64,000 nt of DNA from Cyanidioschyzon merolae (Eukaryota). The stretch lies in assembly GCA_000091205.1 (NCBI GenBank), contig AP006493.2; one strand, written 5' to 3'. Positions 56,546 to 64,000 of this stretch are shown piece after piece. The translations under genes were made by a program, and so were the position numbers. Every line of letters starts with the position of its first letter. Positions within the stretch are counted from its first letter, which is position 1. The notes beneath the pieces were generated by a model. That model saw nothing but the letters and a program-made list of their open reading frames with translations. It was not told where the DNA came from and searched no databases.

Positions 56546-57874
56546 TTACGGCCGCTGTAAGCTGTCCGGTTTCGCGCCGAGCTGCTCCCGCTGATGCGGC
56601 ACATCCAAGCGTCCTAGATCGTATTTAGGCACAATGCCACTGGGATTCAAAGGAAACAAGGATTTGAAATAGCTATTCGCAGTTTCTTTGACATCGAAGG
56701 TGTGAGACACCTCAGCTGCGTACGTTTGGATCATATCACGCATCCAAGCGTGCAGGTTTGGAAACTCTGTGATCTTTCGCTGACAGCAGCGAAAGAGCGT
56801 ATGATATACAGAATCGAAGCGAATCAGGGTCGGAAATAGAAATATATCACTTTCACTAGGATATGGCGTGCCGCTCACGTACCGCTGGCCCGCGAGCCTC
56901 TGTTCCAGCTCCGCGAGCGTCTGGAATACACTCCGCTCGGCATCCTCGTAAGCAGCCTGCGTCCTCGCGAATCCGACCTTGTAGACTCCGTTGTTCAGAT
57001 TATCGTGAATCCATGTTTTGTCAGCTTCAATTTGCGACTGATATTCTGCAGGGAAAGGGTCGATGCCGCTGGGAGTCTGCCGTTCGGTCGCGATATGCCG
57101 CATGAAGCGGACGATATCTGCTGACTCGTTCGAGACGATGAGGCCAGAGCGGGCGTCCACCAAGAGCGGGGCAGTAGCACGCCCCCGAAAAGAGGGATCG
57201 GCATTACGGTAGATTTGTTTCAAGTCGCGGGCCGATCGATACGTGGCTGGCAGACGCTCGTTGGCGTCTTCTGCGTTAGAACGCGAACCTACCGGCCTGA
57301 GCACCCACTTGCCTTCCGGGGAAGGATATACACGCACCGGAACTATAATGCGAGAAGCATTAGAGTTATCTGTCAGGCGGTGGAATGCCGCGGCTAGTAA
57401 ACATCGATGACACCAGGGACACTCGATTCCATAAAACAGGAGGAACTGGTCTTCTTCGAATGAACCCGTCCAGATCTGGTCCTTGTAGCCACTTGATAGA
57501 TACGAAGGCGGCGGGCGTTCATATGATCCGGTACCCTTCCTAGTAGGGGCGAGTTGTGACATCATAAGGTGCCAGAGCTGTCGCCAAAACAGCCGCGCCA
57601 TTCGCACTAAAAGCTCAAAAGGAACCGCGGAGGACAGGATACCCGCCCCACTGTTCCTCCGAACCGTGCGCTCGTCCATTCGACATACAATCGTCGTAGG
57701 CAGTTGACGCGTTCGGCGCGAATTCCTCCTATTTGGCGTTCGTAGCAGCTTGGCGCTATGGGAGCGAATCGGCGACACCGGTGGCCTCCGCCGGGATTGC
57801 GAGCCACAAGTGCTCAGAACAAACAACGCGTGGCTGGTCTTTGACGATTTAAGCGTCATTTTGCTTTTCTGCAC
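56546..57874 (-). CDS. Xi-class glutathione transferase / glutathionyl-hydroquinone reductase (ECM4/YqjG-like)
   Basis: A CPWCHR active-site motif (CPWAHR in the family) within FLLFYGIECPWCHRCLLAAAF. A C-terminal GST alpha-helical domain with RFDSVYHTLF-type segments. Confidence 0.7.
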   Translation of the reverse strand: MQKSKMTLKSSKTSHALFVLSTCGSQSRRRPPVSPIRSHSAKLLRTPNRRNSRRTRQLPTTIVCRMDERTVRRNSGAGILSSAVPFELLVRMARLFWRQLWHLMMSQLAPTRKGTGSYERPPPSYLSSGYKDQIWTGSFEEDQFLLFYGIECPWCHRCLLAAAFHRLTDNSNASRIIVPVRVYPSPEGKWVLRPVGSRSNAEDANERLPATYRSARDLKQIYRNADPSFRGRATAPLLVDARSGLIVSNESADIVRFMRHIATERQTPSGIDPFPAEYQSQIEADKTWIHDNLNNGVYKVGFARTQAAYEDAERSVFQTLAELEQRLAGQRYVSGTPYPSESDIFLFPTLIRFDSVYHTLFRCCQRKITEFPNLHAWMRDMIQTYAAEVSHTFDVKETANSYFKSLFPLNPSGIVPKYDLGRLDVPHQREQLGAKPDSLQRP

Positions 57875-57925
57875 AGGTCTCTATAGAATCAACCATAGGA
57901 ACCGCACGGAATACCTGACGCAGAC

Positions 57926-59107
57926 TTGAACAGTATTGCCAGGAGCTATGGATTACACAGCCGCTGCATCTCCCGACGTGTGACGTGCAGCTGCGGGTAC
58001 AGCGCCCTCGACATGACGACTGCCATCATAGTTCATATATGGATAAAATTACTAGCACATGATCCTCAACCTCCCAGGCGATCTGCCGCGGAGCTCAGCG
58101 AGCACTGCCCTCTTTGTTTTCAGGCTCCGCTGGACAGGCTCATGTTCATCGTTAACAGTTTCCGAAATAGCTCTCAAAAGAGGCCCTTTGTTCGTAGAAG
58201 ACAGCCTATAGGTTTGAGCGTGCGTCCGAAACGCTGGTGTCGCACGCATGGCCTCGTGCTTGCGGAACACGAGGCGCCGGGGCGCCGGGCACCTCAAAAA
58301 CCTGCGATCAGCCTCCGCCTGGAGGTGGCAAAGTCTGCGGCGAGTATAGCTTGTGCACTCTTGTTTGCACTTGTTTGCGAAGACCAAGCTCGAAATGGTT
58401 TGAGCTCCAGTGGAACATCGTTAGCATCTGCGGCGATGGAGTCGAGCTTTTGCGGGACGACGAGCGAGGCGAGGCCTGCTGCCTCCGAAGGAACATGTAT
58501 TCAGAGGTTCCTGGAATCTCTGCAAATTCCTGGAGCGTTTGCCGCGGATCTAACTGGATTTGTCGAAGATGACACTGGAACCTCTCCAGGAAGCGTGGTT
58601 TCGCGAGTAAATAGCTCGCTGCAGGCTTTGGTTCAGAATACTGGTTACCGGGTTTTCATCCTAATAAAACGTGACATTCCACTCGGAACGGACTTGAATA
58701 GTCTCGCTCGGGAGGTTTATGAGTCAAAGAATGGTGATGGCAATCTTCTTGTTCTTGTTTTGAATCCGAAGACAGCCAAGGGAGGGTATTACGCAGGTGA
58801 TCAAGTGCAGAGAGCCATCCCAAACTCTGTTTTGATGAGCATCGCGAACGAGACCTATCCGTTCAACACACTGCAGGGCAAGTATGGTGCTGCACTTCTG
58901 GACGTTACCAACAGACTGGAGGCCGTTCTCTCGGGTCGCGATGACCCTGGCCCTCCGGTCGTTCGCAAATCTGAGAAGGTGGCCTCTTTTAAGACAAGAG
59001 AGGAGACCGAGAGTCAGCGAAAGAAATATGTGGGCGTCGTCGCCACTCTGCTGATCATCAGCGTCGTCGCGCCTATGGCGCAGTACTTTTGGTACCAGCG
59101 AAAATAG
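57926..59107 (+). CDS. TPM-domain protein (TLP18.3/Psb32/MOLO-1-like) with a C-terminal TM anchor
   Basis: GYRVFILIKRDIPLGTDLNSLAREVYE...GNLLVLVLNPKTAKGGYYAGDQVQRAIPNSVL resembles the TPM fold block (vvvv...p..d...a..l...w.....ngvlllv...dr...i.tG.g). Then a Lys-rich linker and the TM helix YVGVVATLLIISVVAPMAQYFWY. Confidence 0.4.
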   Translation: MNSIARSYGLHSRCISRRVTCSCGYSALDMTTAIIVHIWIKLLAHDPQPPRRSAAELSEHCPLCFQAPLDRLMFIVNSFRNSSQKRPFVRRRQPIGLSVRPKRWCRTHGLVLAEHEAPGRRAPQKPAISLRLEVAKSAASIACALLFALVCEDQARNGLSSSGTSLASAAMESSFCGTTSEARPAASEGTCIQRFLESLQIPGAFAADLTGFVEDDTGTSPGSVVSRVNSSLQALVQNTGYRVFILIKRDIPLGTDLNSLAREVYESKNGDGNLLVLVLNPKTAKGGYYAGDQVQRAIPNSVLMSIANETYPFNTLQGKYGAALLDVTNRLEAVLSGRDDPGPPVVRKSEKVASFKTREETESQRKKYVGVVATLLIISVVAPMAQYFWYQRK

Positions 59108-59237
59108 CGCCCACAGCGTGCACGCTGGGTGCAGCGGCAGACATACTCGGCGAGTCAGGTGCTGGAGGCTGGACTTGTCACGGGGCGTCCGCCAGAGGTC
59201 TCTGTGTTGCCGCTGCGCTCGAACGGAACGCAGTCGC

Positions 59238-61364
59238 CTATCTTGCTTTAGAGCACGCGACCGTCTGTAGCATACTGGGGCCCTCCAGGGACACGGAACG
59301 CACTAGCGCCGCTTTGGGTAGGGCAGGCAGTGTCTGTCCCGGCAAAGCGGTGACGCTCGTGAAGTATCCACGCCGCTGCGTCCTCGCGCGGAGGCCCGGC
59401 GGGAGGGAGAAACCCTTCCCCAGCAGGCCACAGCAGCCGCAGCAGCATCTCCAAATGCAAGTTCGGCAGCAGCACAATAGCAAAAGAATGAGGAACAACA
59501 GGCCAATAAAAAACAAAATGTTCAGGATGCACACATTGGCGAAGATGCACCCAATATCCAGGAGCCCGCCGCAACTACCGCAACCGCCTGATGGGTACGG
59601 TGAACTTCCGGTATGCGTTAGGTTTCCAGATGTCGTCGATGCGCTGCCCCCTTGCGCGCCATCCGTAGTCCGCACACTACTAGCGTTAAATTCGAGAACG
59701 AGGACGTCCAGAACTTGACCCAGGGCGTTCCGCAATGTGCAGTTGCACACACCTGCTCCACCGGTCGCCTTGGTTTCTATAATAGGCAATGAAATTGAAA
59801 CAAGTTGACCCGGCGCTAGCGTCACGATCTGAGCCTGAATAGGTTCAACGTTAGGTTCACAGGATGCACTGACTGTAAACTGAGCCGCATTCTGTCCAGT
59901 TCCTTCAGAAACTATCCAAAGATCAATTAAACCTCCTTTCGATTGTGAAGTGAACGGATTAATCTTCGATAGATGACGTAGAAATCGAGCGGGTGCCAAA
60001 TAAATAGTGTAAAACAACTCCTCAGCCGCGAACTGTAGCACAACCTCAGTTGCTTGAGTCCGGTTTGTGAAAAACCGTAACAGTGGATTCCGTGGTGTCA
60101 ATCCACTGACGTCAAAATCACCAAAAAACTGGACAAAATAACTGCCAACCTTTCCGGTTTGCTCAAGAGCAAGATCCGAGTCATAGTAATCCTGAAGTTG
60201 ATCGTGGAGACATGATTGCGTTGGTCGCTCGCATCGCTGCCCCTCATTTGTGAATGCACTGTAACTAACACCAATCTTATCGCAAGTGTCTCCAGTGATC
60301 GTAACTAGATCGTTATCGATGAGCATCCACCGGTTTATCTCGGTGGGAATATAGGAAATTCGATCCACACACCAAGCCTCAGAGGTGTCGGTGCAGACTG
60401 AAGGAACGAAGAAGAGTTTCTCTGAGTATGATGGAGTTCCCTCCCACGGAGCAAAGTCACCAATCGCTTGAGCGCTTATTTTCCCGTTCGAGGCATAACC
60501 AATAGGAGAACTCGGTGAGAGTGAAATGATCTCGGTCGAGCAGTTTTGAATAGCTTGATCCTGATTTCCAACGAGCCCAGAAATTGATTTGATAGTACTG
60601 TTGGCGAGGGGGCATTTGGTAACGTTCACAAGAATTACAAAATTGACGTCGGGTTCGCCAATTTGGAAAGCAGAATACCACAAACTATCAAATCGCAAAC
60701 AGTGTGCTGACTCAGTGGGGTTATCAAAGTTGAGCAGACTGCAATCCAGTCCGCCACGAATTCTGTTTGGCGACAGCCCCAGTAAATCCCCAGCATTGCA
60801 ATCACAGCAGAAGCCTTGGGAGTAGAGTATCCGGTCTGCTGGTTTCGTTGACCAGCTGGGATTGTAAGCGTAACCGCATGTTGGGTCACTGCTGCCCCAG
60901 GTTGCGACGCACTGGTTATCCAGCCAGTTCAACGGACCCTTCTGGTTGTACTTGTAAACGATTTCATAGGGTTTGTTGTTAAAATCGCTTTGATAGTAAA
61001 GAGGGTAGTCCAGCCGTATCCTAGACTTTGTCAGTGTGATATGCACCTGATACTTGAAAGCGTACACTGTGTTAGGATTATCCGCCGATCGTACCGTTGC
61101 GTTCGCTGAACTGCTGCCGTACACGGCCTGGGTCGCACTTACGGAGGACGAGGCTGCCGTGGCTCCGTTTTCTACAGCTAGGGTAAGCACCCATTTTTTT
61201 GAGCAAGGAATGCTTCCTGGCCTCCCAGAATCCAGACAAGTAACTATACTTCCGACACCAGTAAGTGAGCCTCCGACGGAGGCAGAAAAAAACGGTGCTA
61301 CTAGCCACAGTGGGACTTGGAAAAATAGTAGCACGAATAGACTCCGCCGAAAGATAACCTTCAT
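59238..61364 (-). CDS. HAP2: Probable HAP2/GCS1 gamete fusogen. The ORF track runs to 61517; a signal-peptide start MKVIFRRSLFVLLFFQVPLWLVAPFFSA is at 61364.
   Basis: A type I topology: signal peptide, a ~600 aa Cys-containing ectodomain, one TM (ILNILFFIGLLFLILLLL) and a poly-Cys juxtamembrane tail (CCCRTCIWRCCCGCCG). The ectodomain contains SQGFCCDCNAGD...RGGLDC...SAHCLRFDSLWYSAFQIGEPDVNFVILVNV, matching my recollection of the HAP2-GCS1 domain core (QGFCCxC ... aHClrFd..WYsvf.iG.p). Confidence 0.65.
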   Translation of the reverse strand: MKVIFRRSLFVLLFFQVPLWLVAPFFSASVGGSLTGVGSIVTCLDSGRPGSIPCSKKWVLTLAVENGATAASSSVSATQAVYGSSSANATVRSADNPNTVYAFKYQVHITLTKSRIRLDYPLYYQSDFNNKPYEIVYKYNQKGPLNWLDNQCVATWGSSDPTCGYAYNPSWSTKPADRILYSQGFCCDCNAGDLLGLSPNRIRGGLDCSLLNFDNPTESAHCLRFDSLWYSAFQIGEPDVNFVILVNVTKCPLANSTIKSISGLVGNQDQAIQNCSTEIISLSPSSPIGYASNGKISAQAIGDFAPWEGTPSYSEKLFFVPSVCTDTSEAWCVDRISYIPTEINRWMLIDNDLVTITGDTCDKIGVSYSAFTNEGQRCERPTQSCLHDQLQDYYDSDLALEQTGKVGSYFVQFFGDFDVSGLTPRNPLLRFFTNRTQATEVVLQFAAEELFYTIYLAPARFLRHLSKINPFTSQSKGGLIDLWIVSEGTGQNAAQFTVSASCEPNVEPIQAQIVTLAPGQLVSISLPIIETKATGGAGVCNCTLRNALGQVLDVLVLEFNASSVRTTDGAQGGSASTTSGNLTHTGSSPYPSGGCGSCGGLLDIGCIFANVCILNILFFIGLLFLILLLLCCCRTCIWRCCCGCCGLLGKGFSLPPGLRARTQRRGYFTSVTALPGQTLPALPKAALVRSVSLEGPSMLQTVACSKAR

Positions 61365-61642
61365 AGGAGAAGAAAAGCATACTCGAAAATAAGCAGTTGC
61401 AATGCTAGGTGGAGTTAAGAATCGGAAGGTATTCACTGGGACTATGAAAACACACTTACGTCCGGCCCTCATCGGGCAGAAAAACACCGCGGTCTCGCTG
61501 CGATTTGACTCATCCAAAGGTCGCGAAGATCCGATGGGCGAGGAATGGGTCGCAAAAGTACATCAAGTGTGCAAGTGTGTAAAACATTTTTCTCGAAAAT
61601 CAGTAAAATACATTCTCGTTCTCCTTCACGTAACAGAATTCA

Positions 61643-64000
61643 ATGATCTGTTTTAGCCTGTTTCGCATAGTTTCCAAGCTGTCGCTTGCAGCACTCTTGT
61701 GGCTTGTACTGCATTTTCTTCAAAAAGAAATCCTCGGAACCTCGCCAGCTGTGCAGATGAATGTAGTCCCTGAGGTTGCTCGGGCATCAGGGAATACGTC
61801 ACCTCTTTTCCTTTTCTATGAAGAATGTGGGGGGGCAAATTGGACTCTGAATCGCTTTTGCTCGAGCAATTGTTGGACTTCAAACTCTTCTCCTTGTGGA
61901 AGTTCAGATGATTGGATATTTGTTGACTGCACTTCAGCTGGACAAGTTTCAGGGCTCCATCTTGAACATGAAAATATATATTGTGGAGGGATCCCGGAGG
62001 AACTTGCATCGCTTGGTTATCTAAGTACGCTGGACCTGAGTTACAACCCAGATCTTCGTACAGTAATACCAACTTGGATATCGAATTTCACGAATCTCGT
62101 TGAGTTAAAATTTGAGGATTCTGGATTCTATGGTGAGGTGCCTGATAGCATCTGTATGTTACGTAGCCTTTCTTCTCTCAAAGGGAGGGAAAATGATCTT
62201 TCCGGAACAATTCCTGATTGTATAGGAGAGTTGAAATACTTGCATGATTTAAGTTTCGCGAGCAATGAAATGTCTGGCCAAATACCCGATTCTATTGGAA
62301 ATTGCAGCAATTTATATTTCTTGGACCTTAGTAACAACAATTTCTCGGGAACACTTCCGGATAGTATCGTCTACATGAAGAACTTGCAGATACTCGACTT
62401 ATCATACAATAGCCTCGAAGGCACTCTTCCGGAACTCTTCGGATTCAGCGAGCTGCAATTGCTCCTTCTCGGTCACAACAATTTCAGTGGCACCATACCG
62501 GAGTTGCCTCCGAACCTAGTCGCCGTGGACTTCTCGAGCAACAATTTCAGTGGACAAGTTCCCATTCTGCCCTCTACAGTAACAAGCGCCAACTTTACCG
62601 GAAATCACTTCAGCTGCCCGATCCCATTGGGATCCATATATGACACGGCGTCATGCATATGTCCCGCCGGCTGGGCTGGTAACCGTACGACATGCAAACA
62701 GTGTAGTCCCGGCACTATCGCACCCACAGATGGTTCTAGTGTTTGCATGGCGTGCCCCAACGGAACGTTTGCAAATGCATCGACAAGCTTCAGATTTTGT
62801 GGTACATGCCCTGCGGGAAGCTTTGCTGTATCCCCAGCCGGAAACTGCTCAATCTGTCCAAAAGGAACCTATCAGCAGTCGCGCGGTAGTTCCCAGTGCA
62901 ATACCTGCGCCCCAGGCTATTTCACGGACGAACTTGGAGCGAGCTCCTGCAAAATATGCCTGGCAGGATCTTATGCAGAACTAGCTGGAAGCACGGAGTG
63001 CAAAGCCTGCGCCCCGGGAACCTACGCAGCGAGTAACGGATCGACTTCGTGTCAAGCATGCGCAGCGGGCTCCTACGCCGGCAACTATAGCTCTGCTACA
63101 TGTCAGATATGCCCGGCAGGATCTTATGCAGAACTAGCTGGAAGCACGGAGTGCAAAGCCTGCGCCCCGGGAACCTACGCAGCGAGTAACGGATCGACTT
63201 CGTGTCAAGCATGCGCAGCGGGCTCCTACGCCGGCAACTACAACTCTACAGCGTGCGAGATATGCCCGGCGGGATCTTATGCAGAACTAGCTGGAAGCAC
63301 GGAGTGCAAAGCCTGCGCCCCAGGAACCTACGCAGCGAGTAACGGGTCGACCTCGTGTCAGACGTGCAAAGCGGGCTCCTACGCGGGCAACTACAACTCT
63401 ACAGCGTGCGAGATATGCCCGGCAGGATCTTATGCAGAACTAGCTGGAAGCACGGAGTGCAAAGCCTGCGCCCCAGGAACCTACGCAGCGAGTAACGGAT
63501 CGACTTCGTGTCAAGCATGCGCAGCGGGCTCCTACGCCGGCAACTATAGCTCTGCTACATGTCAGATATGCCCCGCGGGAACGTATGCAGCGAGTGAGGG
63601 TTCAAGTTCATGTGAGCCCTGTCCACCGGGGAGTTCCGGGAACTCTATTGGATCCAAGTCATGCTCACTATGTCCGGCTGGCTCGTTCGCAGCTTCAAAT
63701 GGGTCCACTATGTGCCAAAAATGCCCAGCCGGTTACTTCAGTGACACGCCCGGGGCTGCAGCTTGCAAACCATGTCCTCTGGGCGTCTTTGCAAGTTCAG
63801 AGGGCTCTCGTGCGTGCTCCTTATGTCCGGCAGGGCAGTATGCGCCAGTCAATGGATCCGTCTTTTGCTTGAACTGTCCGCCGGGGAGCTTTTCGAATCA
63901 CTCTGGAGCGTCTACGTGCTACCAGTGCGGCGCAGGCTACTTCTCAGACACGCGTGGCTCCACGAGCTGTAAGCTGTGTCCTTTGGGAACTTTTTCCGCT
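61643..64000 (+). CDS. Secreted/receptor-like protein: plant-type LRR N-terminal domain followed by ephrin-receptor-like / TNFR-type Cys-rich repeats. It is 5'-partial in this window and runs off the end.
   Basis: Signal peptide MICFSLFRIVSKLSLAALLWLVLHF. LRRNT-like C...W..V.C, then LxxLxLxxNxLsGxIP repeats (LSGTIPDCIGELKYLHDLSFASNEMSGQIPDSIGNCSNLYFLDLSNNNFSGTLPDSI). Then more than 20 copies of CxxCxxGTY/SYA...GS(T/S)xC modules. No stop codon before position 64000. Confidence 0.75.
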   Translation, partial: MICFSLFRIVSKLSLAALLWLVLHFLQKEILGTSPAVQMNVVPEVARASGNTSPLFLFYEECGGANWTLNRFCSSNCWTSNSSPCGSSDDWIFVDCTSAGQVSGLHLEHENIYCGGIPEELASLGYLSTLDLSYNPDLRTVIPTWISNFTNLVELKFEDSGFYGEVPDSICMLRSLSSLKGRENDLSGTIPDCIGELKYLHDLSFASNEMSGQIPDSIGNCSNLYFLDLSNNNFSGTLPDSIVYMKNLQILDLSYNSLEGTLPELFGFSELQLLLLGHNNFSGTIPELPPNLVAVDFSSNNFSGQVPILPSTVTSANFTGNHFSCPIPLGSIYDTASCICPAGWAGNRTTCKQCSPGTIAPTDGSSVCMACPNGTFANASTSFRFCGTCPAGSFAVSPAGNCSICPKGTYQQSRGSSQCNTCAPGYFTDELGASSCKICLAGSYAELAGSTECKACAPGTYAASNGSTSCQACAAGSYAGNYSSATCQICPAGSYAELAGSTECKACAPGTYAASNGSTSCQACAAGSYAGNYNSTACEICPAGSYAELAGSTECKACAPGTYAASNGSTSCQTCKAGSYAGNYNSTACEICPAGSYAELAGSTECKACAPGTYAASNGSTSCQACAAGSYAGNYSSATCQICPAGTYAASEGSSSCEPCPPGSSGNSIGSKSCSLCPAGSFAASNGSTMCQKCPAGYFSDTPGAAACKPCPLGVFASSEGSRACSLCPAGQYAPVNGSVFCLNCPPGSFSNHSGASTCYQCGAGYFSDTRGSTSCKLCPLGTFSA
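62954..63566 (+). repeat. Four near-identical 153 bp (51 aa) in-frame tandem repeats inside the Cys-rich repeat region of the LRR receptor-like gene
   Basis: Unit starts are at 62954, 63107, 63260 and 63413; a diverged fifth unit starts at 63566. The units differ by only a few bases, for example ctggcagg versus ccggcagg versus ccggcggg. Confidence 0.85.

Noticed and set aside
62954-63566. Regular tandem repeats that might be mistaken for a CRISPR-like or satellite array
   Set aside because: The period is exactly 153 bp, in frame, and encodes Cys-rich protein modules inside a long ORF. There are no spacer/repeat alternation and no cas genes. This is an intragenic coding repeat.

Overview
This 64 kb window looks like nuclear DNA from a compact, intron-poor eukaryote rather than a prokaryote. 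Long uninterrupted ORFs encode typical eukaryotic housekeeping proteins: the RNA polymerase I/III AC40 subunit, an eIF2B subunit, the CAF-1 large subunit, ataxin-2, NC2alpha/NF-YC, XRN and NDK. Several genes point to an organelle-bearing (probably plastid-bearing) protist or alga: a RecA with an N-terminal presequence, a plant-type GGPP synthase with an N-terminal extension, and a TPM/Psb32-like protein. Genes lie on both strands at roughly one per 2.5-3 kb; there is no operon structure, no CRISPR array and no rRNA. Six things deserve follow-up. (1) A degraded TnpB/Fanzor-like RuvC nuclease relic with the hallmark RDxNAAxNI motif, interrupted by an in-frame stop. (2) A near-perfect ~560 bp inverted repeat pair bracketing an 8.2 kb three-gene cassette (MFS sugar porter, an aquaporin with non-canonical NPF/NGA motifs, and a short XRN-like exonuclease). 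(3) A probable HAP2/GCS1 gamete fusogen, divergently paired with an LRR receptor-like gene that carries ephrin-receptor-like Cys repeats and a 153 bp in-frame tandem array. (4) A ~400 bp tRNA-SINE-like dispersed repeat with an A-rich tail, in at least four copies. (5) A second ~100 bp dispersed repeat, in four copies. (6) Two long G/C homopolymers. All protein calls come from motif recognition by eye; none were checked by database search.
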